DNA of 64,000 bases from an uncultured bacterium (GTDB taxonomy: Bacteria; Patescibacteriota; Minisyncoccia; Minisyncoccales; RBG-13-42-11). Every line of letters begins with the position of its first letter. The stretch's first letter is position 1. The notes below the pieces were generated by a model. That model saw only the letters and a program-made list of their open reading frames with translations, ran no database searches and had not been told where the DNA came from. The stretch spans positions 460,073-524,072 of the forward strand of contig CAWBPO010000001.1 in NCBI GenBank assembly GCA_963790795.1, written 5' to 3'. Shown here piece after piece: positions 19,837-29,153 of this stretch. The translations under genes and the position numbers were made by a program.

Positions 19837-20619
19837 TTATGATTTCCGATTAAACGCGAATACGGCCGCAAATATCATAACCGCAGAAAAAACAATAAGG
19901 AACAAGGCATTGATGTGAATTGGATATAAAACAATCTTATTTATAACCTCCGAGGGAATTTGGGCGTTAAGAATAATTTGCCTGAGAGCATCAACTCCAT
20001 AGGTTAAAGGATTGATTTTGGAAAGCACGCTCATCCACGACGGCACAGCGGTGAGTGGGAAGAAAGCACCGGAAATGAAAAACATAGGGAAAATCAAAAC
20101 CTGCATAAAAAGCCCGAAGCTCTCAGTTGTTTTCATGAGAGAAGAAATAAACAGTCCCATACCGGAAATCGCAAAAGCGAGCAGGAGCATAAATATAACG
20201 AGTTGTGGAATGACGGCAAAGTGAATTGTTACGCCGATAAGCGGAGCAAAAATTAATAAGATGAGTGCCTGAGTTGAAGCAATGGTAGTCGCTCCAAGCG
20301 TTTTGCCAAAAGCAACCGCCACGCGAGAGACGGGTGCTACCAAAATTTCTTTTAGGAAGCCGAATTCTCTATCCCAAACAGTGGAGATGGTAGAAAAAAA
20401 AGCAACACTCATAACGCTCATCGCAATAATGCCAGGATACATAAATTGTACGAAATCAACACCAAAATTTCCTGTCGCAAGCGTCTTGCTTAAGCCGGCA
20501 CCAAAGATAGCAAGAAACATAAGTGGCTGAAAAAGCGTGGAAATAATTCGTGTCTTATCTCGCGAGTATCGAATAATTTCTCTTTGCCAAATTGTGTAAA
20601 TTGTTTGAATAAATTTCAT
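19837..20619 (-). CDS. ABC-2 type transporter permease
   Basis: 260 aa, six TM segments, directly downstream of the ABC ATPase. Confidence 0.8.
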   Translation of the reverse strand: MKFIQTIYTIWQREIIRYSRDKTRIISTLFQPLMFLAIFGAGLSKTLATGNFGVDFVQFMYPGIIAMSVMSVAFFSTISTVWDREFGFLKEILVAPVSRVAVAFGKTLGATTIASTQALILLIFAPLIGVTIHFAVIPQLVIFMLLLAFAISGMGLFISSLMKTTESFGLFMQVLIFPMFFISGAFFPLTAVPSWMSVLSKINPLTYGVDALRQIILNAQIPSEVINKIVLYPIHINALFLIVFSAVMIFAAVFAFNRKS

Positions 20620-20646
20620 AAGATATATTTTATTGATGTATAAAAA

Positions 20647-21621
20647 TTATATTCTTCTTCTCCTGCGCATCTGCTGGCGCATATGTTCTTTATCGGAGGC
20701 TTCTTCTTCCCGAATGGCACGCCCCGTAAAATGCAAAAATACATCATCTAATGTCGGTTTTCTCAACTCAATTGCATCAATCTTAGTGGCTAGCTCGTTG
20801 AAAATATTAGGCAAAAATTGATCGCCATTCGCTACTTCCATTCGCAAGGCGCCGTCTTCCTCCTTAATTTCTACCCCATATCTTTCTTCAAGCTCTTTTT
20901 TCAGAGAGGGCTTATCCACGGTTTTCATACTTATAACATCTCCTCCGACTTTTGTTTTAAGATTGTCTGGGCTGTTGAGCGCCACTATCTTTCCATAGTC
21001 TATAATGGCAATTCGATCGCAGTTTTCAGCTTCATTCATATAATGCGTGGTCATGAATATTGTCATTTCCTTTTCGCGTTTCAATTTCAAAACGTAACTC
21101 CACAAATGGGCCCTCGTTTGCGGGTCAAGCCCAATTGTTGGCTCATCCAAAAATAACACGGCAGGATAATGGATAAGTCCGCGCGCTATCTCCAGGCGTC
21201 GCTTCATTCCGCCGGAAAAGTTTTTTATTACTTCATTTTTTCTATCCCATAGATCCACCAACTGCAATACTTCTTTTGCCCGTTTTTTATACTCGTCACT
21301 TGGCACGCCGTACAATCTTGCGTGAAAACGAAGATTTTCTTCTGCTGTTAAACGGTCATCTAACGAAGGATCCTGGAAAACGAGGCCAATGGACTTCCGC
21401 ACTTCGTCTCTTTGAGAAAGAATATTAAAATTATTGATTATTGCATCGCCTTCTGTCGGCATTAAAAGCGTTGAAAGCATATTGATGGTAGTGGACTTGC
21501 CGGCGCCATTTGGTCCGAGAAAACCGAAAATTTCCCCTTTTTTAACTTCAAAAGATATATGATCAACGGCCGTAAGGCCGTTGAATTTTCTAGTTAAGTT
21601 TTTAACTTCAATGATATTCAT
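20647..21621 (-). CDS. ABC transporter ATP-binding protein (DrrA-like exporter)
   Basis: Walker A GPNGAGKSTT, signature FSGGMKRRL, Walker B LFLDEPT. Confidence 0.9.
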   Translation of the reverse strand: MNIIEVKNLTRKFNGLTAVDHISFEVKKGEIFGFLGPNGAGKSTTINMLSTLLMPTEGDAIINNFNILSQRDEVRKSIGLVFQDPSLDDRLTAEENLRFHARLYGVPSDEYKKRAKEVLQLVDLWDRKNEVIKNFSGGMKRRLEIARGLIHYPAVLFLDEPTIGLDPQTRAHLWSYVLKLKREKEMTIFMTTHYMNEAENCDRIAIIDYGKIVALNSPDNLKTKVGGDVISMKTVDKPSLKKELEERYGVEIKEEDGALRMEVANGDQFLPNIFNELATKIDAIELRKPTLDDVFLHFTGRAIREEEASDKEHMRQQMRRRRRI

Positions 21622-21863
21622 TTAGTTTTTTTGATAATATCGCGAATCGCGTTTAATCGAGCTGAAAGATGCGAGGCAAACTGTTCGACTTTTGAAAGTT
21701 TGGTAATTGCGACCATATCATCTCCCATGCCAAATACTAAAAGTTTATCTCCTTTTTCAGCATCCATTTTTCTCCGAGCCTCCGCCGGGATAACTATTTG
21801 GCCTTTTTCGCCTACACTAGCGACGCCGTAAAATTGTTCGCGATTTTTATGTTCTTTCATCAT
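21618..21863 (-). CDS. AbrB/SpoVT-type DNA-binding protein
   Basis: GEKGQIVIPAEARRKMDAEKGDKLLVF looped-hinge-helix pattern. 4-nt overlap with the ABC ATPase gene. Confidence 0.7.
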   Translation of the reverse strand: MMKEHKNREQFYGVASVGEKGQIVIPAEARRKMDAEKGDKLLVFGMGDDMVAITKLSKVEQFASHLSARLNAIRDIIKKTK

Positions 21864-21987
21864 ATTATTGGTATAAATTATTTACATTAATCATACAAGT
21901 AGGAAAAGTATAACACTGTAATTATAATATTCTCAACCATACAAGATGTCAAGCTGCGCTTATGGAAAAATCATTAACTCCCAGAAT

Positions 21988-22020
21988 GAAAATACGGAGT
22001 TGCTATAACTCCGTATTTTC
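21988..22020. terminator. Bidirectional intrinsic terminator
   Basis: GAAAATACGGAGTT-GCTAT-AACTCCGTATTTTC, a perfect 14-bp stem flanked by A and T runs, downstream of the 22062 stop. Confidence 0.7.
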
Positions 22021-22061
22021 TAATAGCTTCAAGCCTCAGTCATCTGACTTAGCATGTGCTA

Positions 22062-23045
22062 TCAGTCTCGCCCTGGCACGGATACTTTCAATTGCTCATT
22101 GTTTTTATATAAGTCGGGGTCAATTATTCTTTCAAAGCAGGTTCTCTCTGCTTCATGATCCCAATTTTGCTGAAATGAACCATAGGGTAACGGCTCCTCC
22201 ATGTAGAAAGATGTTGAACCCTTATAAGTGGAGTTGAAGTCTTTAGTTGAAGTTTTAAATGTTGCACATAATTCAAATGAAACAAGACTAAGAATATTAT
22301 ACTCATATGAGGCATCGCCCTGAGGGTCTTTTGGGACAATAAACCCGGAAATACTGTCTTCTAGTCCGTTAAGACTTTGAGGAAGACTCTCTTTCTGTGT
22401 CCAGTAATTAACAATTTGGCTCTGCAGTATCTGAAGGTCATTTACTCTTCGTTCGTCAAATCTTCTGTCCCGCTGCTCTGCTGGCGTGCCAATAATGAAA
22501 AAACCTGCAATTATGCTTGCTAACACCACAAAAGAAAGAATCCAGGCAAGTATCTTGGGAGTTTTGGACTTTATGTTTTTCCGTCTCAGCTCCCAAATAT
22601 AATATCCGAAAACAGCCGCAGCCACCAAAAGCACAACAAGCATTTTCAAAAAGAACTGAATAGTCAATTCGCCACTCAAGAAGTTATAGACAAAGGTAAT
22701 AAGATCTACAATGATAGTAACTGCAGATATAAAAAGAGTGAAATAAATCAGCCCTTTTCTTAATCTCAGCTCCCGCTTTTCTTGATTACTGGCAATGTCT
22801 TTTGCCAATAGCCATGAGGTTAAAAGATATACCGGAACCGCTACGGCAAGCATTGATGTTGATAAACGAACCGCATTTGCTATGTTCGTATAATAAAAAT
22901 TGAGGGGGTCGGGAAAAATAGCGCTGATATACTGGATATAAAGCGTAATAAAACCAATAACGCTTATAAAAAAGGTGAGAATATTCAAAAGATGCAAAAA
23001 AACATCTTTTGGCGTGTTTTCTATAGTGGTAGTGTCGTATTCCAT
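22062..23045 (-). CDS. Membrane protein (DUF5671-like N-terminus)
   Basis: 327 aa; several N-terminal TM helices, then a soluble C-terminal domain. Confidence 0.45.
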   Translation of the reverse strand: MEYDTTTIENTPKDVFLHLLNILTFFISVIGFITLYIQYISAIFPDPLNFYYTNIANAVRLSTSMLAVAVPVYLLTSWLLAKDIASNQEKRELRLRKGLIYFTLFISAVTIIVDLITFVYNFLSGELTIQFFLKMLVVLLVAAAVFGYYIWELRRKNIKSKTPKILAWILSFVVLASIIAGFFIIGTPAEQRDRRFDERRVNDLQILQSQIVNYWTQKESLPQSLNGLEDSISGFIVPKDPQGDASYEYNILSLVSFELCATFKTSTKDFNSTYKGSTSFYMEEPLPYGSFQQNWDHEAERTCFERIIDPDLYKNNEQLKVSVPGRD

Positions 23046-23157
23046 AGTTTCAGTATATCATACAATACTAGAAAATATAGTAGGATGCTGTGTCCCCCAG
23101 TCTGATACCGAGATTTTAAGGGAAATTTGGCTCTTTTTAGGTGCCGTTTTAATTTTT

Positions 23158-24408
23158 TTATTGAGAAGTGTTTTCCCCGGCGACATAACCAGTACTCCAG
23201 CAAAGCTGAAGATTATAGCCCCCTGTTGGGCCGTCCAAGTTGATTATTTCTCCTGCGAAATATAAATTTTCAATTATTTTCGATTTCATTGTTTTGGCGT
23301 TTATTTCTTTTAATGAAACCCCTCCGGCAGTAATTATCGCTTTATTAAATCCCAATAACTCTATTGGTGTCATCTCAAGGTTCTTTAAAAGTTTAACCAG
23401 TTTACGGCGTTCTTCTTTTGTAATCTCATTAACCTGTTTGTTTCCGCTGATGCCGGATAATTTTACAACAATATCAATAAGCTTTTGGGGAAGCAGGTCG
23501 TCTAAAGAATTTTTAAATAATTTTCTGTTGAATTTTATAAAATCTTTTTGTATTCTTTTGTCCAGTGTTTCTAAATCAAGGGCCGGTTTCAAATCTAAGG
23601 ATAGCTTAATCTCCCCGTTATTTTTTCGCAATTTTAAAAACTCGCCAACGGTTTTACTAATATCTAAAACAATTGGTCCGCTTATCCCGAAGTGAGTAAA
23701 CAGTAATTTGCCAAACCTGCTGTCGCGTTTTTTGCCATTTTCATAAATTGACAGCAAAACATTTTTTAGCGTAAGGCCCTGCGCTTCTTTCGGCCATTTT
23801 TCCTGTATTTTTATGGGAGTCAGAGCGGGCTTCGGTTCTATAATTGTATGACCTAAGTTTTTTGCCCAGACAAAGCCATCTCCCGTAGAGCCAAGCATAG
23901 GATAAGCTTTTCCACCAGTTGCTATAATATATTTATCAGCGATAATTTTTTCTCCGTCTTCCGTTAAAACAGCAACTATTCTGTTATTCTCTTTTATAAT
24001 CTTTTTCACCTTTTTGTTGACTAATATTTTTACCCCGTTTTTAACCAAATAGCATCGCAATACCTGTAAAACATCTTCCGCCTTGTCGCTTTTGGGAAAA
24101 ACCCTTCCCCCTCTTTCTGTTTCTGTTTTTAATTTCAAATTTTTAAAAAACTCAATAACCTGTTTCGGACCGAAAACAGATAAAGCATATAATAAGAATC
24201 TTCCTTCTTTTCCGAATTTATCCGCCAGCTCTTTATTATTAAATTCAGCTTGAGTAATATTGCATCTCCCCTTTCCGGTAACCAAGAGTTTTTTACCCAA
24301 AGAATTGTTTTTTTCAATTAAAACAACGCGAGTTTTGTGCTCGCCTGCCCTGCCTGCCGCCATTATTCCGGCAGGACCTCCACCTATTACCGCCACATCA
24401 TAATTCAT
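23158..24408 (-). CDS. FAD-dependent oxidoreductase, HI0933/BaiN-like
   Basis: MNYDVAVIGGGPAGIMAA dinucleotide-binding start at ATG 24408, and a C-terminal GEIINLDGPTGGYNLQ motif. Confidence 0.85.
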   Translation of the reverse strand: MNYDVAVIGGGPAGIMAAGRAGEHKTRVVLIEKNNSLGKKLLVTGKGRCNITQAEFNNKELADKFGKEGRFLLYALSVFGPKQVIEFFKNLKLKTETERGGRVFPKSDKAEDVLQVLRCYLVKNGVKILVNKKVKKIIKENNRIVAVLTEDGEKIIADKYIIATGGKAYPMLGSTGDGFVWAKNLGHTIIEPKPALTPIKIQEKWPKEAQGLTLKNVLLSIYENGKKRDSRFGKLLFTHFGISGPIVLDISKTVGEFLKLRKNNGEIKLSLDLKPALDLETLDKRIQKDFIKFNRKLFKNSLDDLLPQKLIDIVVKLSGISGNKQVNEITKEERRKLVKLLKNLEMTPIELLGFNKAIITAGGVSLKEINAKTMKSKIIENLYFAGEIINLDGPTGGYNLQLCWSTGYVAGENTSQ

Positions 24409-24489
24409 ATTAATCCACTTTACCAAAATCCCTTAAGTAAAACAAAAACACCCAAAGAGAGTGTTTGTCCTAAATGGCTGTAATCCCCT

Positions 24490-24606
24490 AGTCCAGAACC
24501 AAGGTTTTAGGGGGAAATTGGGGGCCTTTCGGCGTGTCTCGCCGATGCGTCTCGGTCGGGAGTTTTAAAGCTGAATTAAGACAAACGAGACACTACTTTA
24601 AGTATG
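24490..24606. repeat. Intergenic repeat family A, copy 2
   Basis: GTCCAGAACCAAGGTTTTAGGGGG...GTGTCTCG(24534-24541)...TCTCGGTCGGGAGTTTTAAAGCTGAATTAAGACAAACGAGACAC(24586-24593). Confidence 0.75.
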
Positions 24607-24810
24607 TTAATCTGAGGGTGATATAATATTTTGCACGCGGCCGATTTGTCCATCTTCTAGCCGTACCTTAATCCCGTGCGGATGAAAACTGGAGTTCGTC
24701 AAAATTTCTGCTACTATTCCATGAGTAAGCATTCCGGTTTTTTGATCTGCTTTAAGTATAACTTCTACCTCCGAACCAATTTTTACTTTTTCCCTTTTTT
24801 GTTCATTCAC
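24607..24810 (-). CDS. YwbE-family small protein (DUF2196)
   Basis: KADQKTGMLTHGIVAEILTNSSFHPHGIKVRLEDGQIGRVQ matches the YwbE pattern. Confidence 0.75.
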   Translation of the reverse strand: MNEQKREKVKIGSEVEVILKADQKTGMLTHGIVAEILTNSSFHPHGIKVRLEDGQIGRVQNIISPSD

Positions 24811-24829
24811 AGTTTTTATTTCTTAATTA

Positions 24830-25804
24830 TTATTTCTTTTCCGTCTTTTCTGAAATCAAATCGTTGAGTATTTTTTTAACAAGTTCAATGCTTTCCCAGT
24901 CAAATATGGAAATCGGCGTTACGTTTTTATTTAATTCTCTAAGTTTCTCCATCATCTCGGCAATAGTATCAGACGAAACTAAATCCTTTTTGCTTATAAA
25001 AAGATACTCCGGTTTTTCTAAAAGCATTTTGTTGTATGTCCCTAATTCGTTGCGCACCGTTTTATAATCCAAAACCGGATTGACCGAATCGGCAGCCACA
25101 AAATGAAACAGGATTTTCGTGCGCTCCACGTGCTTCAAAAATTTAATCCCAAGACCTTTGCCTAAAGAAGCTCCTTCAATAAGCCCGGGAATATCAGCCA
25201 GTATCAAATCAAAATAAACGCCTAAATTCGGCTCCAAAGTCGTAAACGGATAATTGGCCACTTTACTTTTGGCGTTGGTCAATTCATTAAGCAAACTTGA
25301 TTTGCCGACATTGGGCAATCCCACAAATCCCACATCGGCAATCAATTTTAATTCAAGATGGAATTCAAATGATTCCCCCCGTCCTCCGTATTCAAACTGC
25401 ATTGGCGTAGTATTCGTAGAAGAACGAAAATGAAAATTTCCCTTTCCCCTTCGTCCTCCCTGAGCGATTGCTACTCGTTCGCCGATTTTAGTTATTTCAA
25501 CGTCTTCCGCGGTTTCTAATTTGTGCACCACCGTTCCCACAGGAACTAATAAAACTAAATCTTTCGCATCTTGGCCATCGCGGAATTGTGAACGACCGTC
25601 TTGCCCGTTTTCAGCTTTAAATTCTTTTTTAAAACGGAATTTGTTAAGCGCATTCAAATCAGAAGTTCCTTCAACATAAATACTACCGCCCTTGCCGCCA
25701 CTTCCTCCAGTTGGTCCCAGGGACATCATATTTTTATTAAACAATACTGCCCCCTTTCCACCATCTCCGGCCATTGCGCGTATTTTTACATCATCAATAA
25801 GCAT
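24830..25804 (-). CDS. obg: GTPase Obg
   Basis: MLIDDVKIRAMAGDGGKG Obg fold start at ATG 25804. G1 GLPNVGKSS and G3 DIPGLIEGA. Confidence 0.92.
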   Translation of the reverse strand: MLIDDVKIRAMAGDGGKGAVLFNKNMMSLGPTGGSGGKGGSIYVEGTSDLNALNKFRFKKEFKAENGQDGRSQFRDGQDAKDLVLLVPVGTVVHKLETAEDVEITKIGERVAIAQGGRRGKGNFHFRSSTNTTPMQFEYGGRGESFEFHLELKLIADVGFVGLPNVGKSSLLNELTNAKSKVANYPFTTLEPNLGVYFDLILADIPGLIEGASLGKGLGIKFLKHVERTKILFHFVAADSVNPVLDYKTVRNELGTYNKMLLEKPEYLFISKKDLVSSDTIAEMMEKLRELNKNVTPISIFDWESIELVKKILNDLISEKTEKK

Positions 25805-25886
25805 ATTTATTTTAATCCGCATTAAAAATCAAATCCCGCCGGAAGCGGGACTGATTTTCATTTATTTAATCCTGCAAAACCGATTC

Positions 25887-26084
25887 TTAAATACGGGCTA
25901 CGTTTGTCGCAGTGGGTCCTTTTGGAGAATCGGCTTTTTCAAAAGAAACTTTGTCACCTACTTTTAATTCTTCGTAGGTTACATCCTTTAGCTCATTCTT
26001 GTGAAAAAACAAATCTTTTTCTTCGCCTTCAATAGTAATAAATCCGAATCCCTTATCTGTAAGATTTTTAATTGTTCCTTCCAT
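25887..26084 (-). CDS. Cold-shock protein, CspA family
   Basis: GTIKNLTDKGFGFITIEGEEKDLFFH, containing the RNP1/RNP2 motifs. Confidence 0.9.
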   Translation of the reverse strand: MEGTIKNLTDKGFGFITIEGEEKDLFFHKNELKDVTYEELKVGDKVSFEKADSPKGPTATNVARI

Positions 26085-26229
26085 GATTATAAAGTTAATT
26101 TAATTAATGTTTTAAGGTTTTATCCTAAAGTTTAGTTTTCTAAATAAACTCGACTAAATTCTCATTAGACAACTATCTTGCTCTAATAGCTTACCATTTA
26201 AAAACCGATCCGTCAACTAAACTACCTGG

Positions 26230-26273
26230 CTGGGGCTATGGGACAATGTTAGAACCTGTTTGGTTATTTCTGA
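26230..26273. repeat. Intergenic repeat family B box, copy A
   Basis: CTGGGGCTATGGGACAATGTTAGAACCTGTTTGGTTATTTCTGA. Overlaps the stop codon of the 26264-26491 gene. Confidence 0.8.
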
Positions 26274-26491
26274 GTTTTCTTGAAGATAATTGCGCTTAAG
26301 ATAAATGCGATAGTGAAAAATATTGCTCCGTAAAAACAAGGTGCTAAAAATGGATTAACTAGACCCGCTGCACACCCCGTGGTGCAGGCACGCTTTGCCA
26401 ACCAATCTATAAGCTCCTTGGAAAAATTAAACCAAGCAAACACTGTTCCAATAAGTAAAACTATAAATTGTATTATAATTATTTTTTTCAT
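26264..26491 (-). CDS. Small two-TM membrane protein with a CxxxC motif
   Basis: 75-aa ORF; the motif is CTTGC, and the ATG is preceded by TGGTATAAT-N6. Confidence 0.4.
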   Translation of the reverse strand: MKKIIIIQFIVLLIGTVFAWFNFSKELIDWLAKRACTTGCAAGLVNPFLAPCFYGAIFFTIAFILSAIIFKKTQK

Positions 26492-26497
26492 ATTTTT

Positions 26498-26526
26498 ATT
26501 ATACCAAAAAACCGCCTTGTTGGCGA
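26498..26526 (-). promoter_or_regulatory. Hairpin-T6-TGGTATAAT-N6-ATG module
   Basis: Minus strand CGCCAACAAGGCGGTTTTTTGGTATAATAAAAATATG. Confidence 0.55.
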
Positions 26527-26582
26527 TTCTTTGTTGTCACGATTGACTATAAATATTAGAAAATTACCATAAAATTCATTTT

Positions 26583-27158
26583 TTAAATAAAACTCATAAT
26601 TTTTTCGATCAATTCTTCTTTTCCTTCTTTTGTTTTTGCGGAATACGGCAAAACGAGCGTATACGGCGCCTCTTTTTGAATAAACGAAAGCTGTTTTTCT
26701 GCAAAAATTTTCCCTATCTTATCAATTTTATTCGCGACAATAACAACTTGATGTTTATTTTCTTCAAGAATTTTTAGCATTTCATGATCAAGAACAGTCA
26801 AGCCGACTTTAGCGTCAATAATTAAAAAAACCACCTTAGGTCTAACATTGGAGTGTTTCACATACCAAAAAATCCTTTTAATCATTTTGTTACGATCCTT
26901 TATTGAACGTTTAGCATATCCGTATCCCGGAAAATCTACAAAATAAAAAGAGTCATTAATGCGAAAAAAATTTGCTTCGCTGGTTTTGCCCGGAACCTTA
27001 CTTACTTTGACAAGATCTTTTTTATCAACCAAGGAGTTAATTACGCTTGATTTTCCCACATTGGAACGGCCAAAAAAAGCGATCTGCGGGAAATTGTCTC
27101 CCAAGCTATAATCGTCGCCAATAACTCCTTTGATAAATTCCGCTTTAAATATTTTCAT
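26583..27158 (-). CDS. engB: Ribosome-biogenesis GTPase EngB/YihA
   Basis: GRSNVGKSSVINSL G1 box, DFPGYGYA G3 box, NKIDK G4 box. Confidence 0.9.
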   Translation of the reverse strand: MKIFKAEFIKGVIGDDYSLGDNFPQIAFFGRSNVGKSSVINSLVDKKDLVKVSKVPGKTSEANFFRINDSFYFVDFPGYGYAKRSIKDRNKMIKRIFWYVKHSNVRPKVVFLIIDAKVGLTVLDHEMLKILEENKHQVVIVANKIDKIGKIFAEKQLSFIQKEAPYTLVLPYSAKTKEGKEELIEKIMSFI

Positions 27159-27210
27159 ATTTATACCCTACCAAAAAACCGCCTTGTTGGCGATTTTTTT
27201 TGGCGCTCCC

Positions 27211-27254
27211 CTGGGGCTATGGGACGATGTTAGAACCTGTTTGGTTATTTCTGA
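27211..27254. repeat. Intergenic repeat family B box, copy B
   Basis: CTGGGGCTATGGGACGATGTTAGAACCTGTTTGGTTATTTCTGA; one substitution relative to copy A. Confidence 0.8.
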
Positions 27255-27277
27255 CCATAATTTACTTATAGTTTTTC

Positions 27278-27856
27278 TTACGGCTGGAAAATCTCCTCAG
27301 GCAGAAAACGGACTTGCTGGACTTCTGGAAATTGTTTTGCTGTTGCTTCAACCTGAAACCAAAGAATGCCCACTCGGCAAGAACCACCGACTGTTTTATT
27401 GTTAGGATCATTAAATTCAAGCGTTAAAACTTCGTCTTTCAACGAAGCACCTTTTAATGAAAGTTCTTCCAACGGATATTCGGTATCAATTCCTTGAATC
27501 CTTTCTTCTTCGGTTAGTTCGCCTAAAAGCAAAAGCTTAATGGTATCCTGAATCGGCGTTTGAGTTATTGGAATTTCTCTCTCAACCGCCACCAATCCAT
27601 TTCTACTGCAAGCGATATTGCCTGATTCATCTTTGTCCAGTTCGTAATTATAATAATAAAGTTTTATTGTTTTTGTTTCTGGACACGGCGCAAAATCGCA
27701 TTTCGGCGGAATTCTGGCTACATAAGAACCGTCCAGGCAGAGTTTTGCGTCCATTGTGCAGGCAATTGGCTCTGCCGGCGATTCGCCGATTAAAAACCTC
27801 AACCCGAGCCAAACCCCGGCCAAAACAACTAAAATAATTAAAATTTTTACTTTCAT
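27278..27856 (-). CDS. Secreted GerMN-domain protein
   Basis: Signal peptide, then the pattern VAVEREIP..TPIQDTIKLLL.GELT..E...G..T..P, ending in VRFLPEEIFQP. Confidence 0.6.
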   Translation of the reverse strand: MKVKILIILVVLAGVWLGLRFLIGESPAEPIACTMDAKLCLDGSYVARIPPKCDFAPCPETKTIKLYYYNYELDKDESGNIACSRNGLVAVEREIPITQTPIQDTIKLLLLGELTEEERIQGIDTEYPLEELSLKGASLKDEVLTLEFNDPNNKTVGGSCRVGILWFQVEATAKQFPEVQQVRFLPEEIFQP

Positions 27857-27862
27857 ATTTTT

Positions 27863-27890
27863 ATTCTACCAAAAAAGCGCCTTTTTGGCG
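27863..27890 (-). promoter_or_regulatory. Hairpin-T6-TGGTAGAAT-N6-ATG module
   Basis: Minus strand CGCCAAAAAGGCGCTTTTTTGGTAGAATAAAAATATG. Confidence 0.55.
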
Positions 27891-27922
27891 ATTGATTGAC
27901 GTGGCTCAATCTTCGGGAATCA

Positions 27923-27970
27923 CGCTCAAGGTGGCTGTCCCTATGGGACAATGTTAGAACCTGTTTGATT
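27923..27970. repeat. Intergenic repeat family B box, copy C (diverged)
   Basis: CGCTCAAGGTGGCTGTCCCTATGGGACAATGTTAGAACCTGTTTGATT. Overlaps the stop region of the 27973 gene. Confidence 0.7.
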
Positions 27971-27972
27971 AA

Positions 27973-29013
27973 TTAATTCTTTATTTCTGTGTTTGGTATT
28001 TTTTTCAGCCGCCAATAAGAAAATATGCCGGCAGGCAATGGCAACCAGTAAGAAAACAAACGGAATAAAAGAGTGGCAAAAAGTGCGATGTGCGCGGGAA
28101 AACCAATCTTTATAAAAACCATCGTTAAAGAAGCTTCCATTATTCCGGGCGTGCCTGGCATCAGTGTAAATAAAGTCAAAACTAAAGAAATGGTGTAGCC
28201 AAAAATTAATAAAGCTGGATTTGGTTGAAAACCAAAAACCAAAAAGGAAAAATAAAGAGTAAGAATATCGCCAAGATAAAACAAAAAAGAAGAAAGCAAT
28301 AGTCGAGGAATCTTATCTTTATTTTTCTGTAAAAAATCAAAATATTGATGAAAATCAGAAATAAATTTTTTAAACAAACGTGGCCTTAATAAAATTCTTT
28401 TATTAAAAAAATTAATTATTTTGTTTATCGATTTGGAAAAAACGTTTAAAAACCAAGTAAAATATTTTCCCCTTCTTCTAAATAAGACAAATAAGATAGC
28501 AAAAATCAAAGAAAATCCTAAAATAATTATTATGGTCTCTTTGAAAGAAACGAATTTTAAAAATAGACTGGGTAGCAATAATAAACTTAAAATAAAAAAA
28601 AGAAAGTAGTTCGCCCAAATAAAAAAAGACCAAGTAAAGACCAAGAAAGAAATTACCGCCGAGGGGATATTTAATTTTTTATAAGAATAAAAGGTAATTA
28701 TTGTGCCACCCGCAAAAGGAGCAACATGGTTACCCACAACTCCTAAAACAGCAATCTTTAATGTATCTTTAAAGTTCACCTTAAAGCCGGCTATGGCCAA
28801 TAGAATTTTAGATAACCAACCGTCGCCAAGATAATTAATTATTTGAAAAATCAATAAAAAAAGAAGAAGTGGTTTATTTGCCTCTTCTAATAGCGAAGGA
28901 ATATCATAATAGACATTCTTAAACTTTGAAAAAATTATAAAAAAAGCAACACCTGTTAGGATAATGGTTAAAATATATCTAATATAGCGCCAACGAAATT
29001 CAAATTTTAGCAT
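27973..29013 (-). CDS. Polytopic membrane protein, UPF0104/lysylphosphatidylglycerol-synthase-TM-like
   Basis: 346 aa, about 8 TM helices. Family assignment is by overall pattern only. Confidence 0.5.
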   Translation of the reverse strand: MLKFEFRWRYIRYILTIILTGVAFFIIFSKFKNVYYDIPSLLEEANKPLLLFLLIFQIINYLGDGWLSKILLAIAGFKVNFKDTLKIAVLGVVGNHVAPFAGGTIITFYSYKKLNIPSAVISFLVFTWSFFIWANYFLFFILSLLLLPSLFLKFVSFKETIIIILGFSLIFAILFVLFRRRGKYFTWFLNVFSKSINKIINFFNKRILLRPRLFKKFISDFHQYFDFLQKNKDKIPRLLLSSFLFYLGDILTLYFSFLVFGFQPNPALLIFGYTISLVLTLFTLMPGTPGIMEASLTMVFIKIGFPAHIALFATLLFRLFSYWLPLPAGIFSYWRLKKIPNTEIKN

Positions 29014-29027
29014 ATTCTTTTTTGTCT

Positions 29028-29055
29028 ATTCTACCAAAAAACCGCCTTTTTGGCG
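29028..29055 (-). promoter_or_regulatory. Hairpin-T6-TGGTAGAAT module with a 14-nt leader
   Basis: Minus strand CGCCAAAAAGGCGGTTTTTTGGTAGAATAGACAAAAAAGAATATG. Confidence 0.5.
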
Positions 29056-29096
29056 ATAAAAACTGCCCAGGGATGGGCGGATTGGTTTCTCGAACC

Positions 29097-29138
29097 GCGC
29101 TCAAGGTAGCTGGGGCTATGGGACGATGTTAGAACCTA
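29097..29138. repeat. Intergenic repeat family B box, copy D
   Basis: CGCTCAAGGTAGCTGGGGCTATGGGACGATGTTAGAACCT. Confidence 0.75.
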
Positions 29139-29153
29139 TGTAATAAAAATTTC

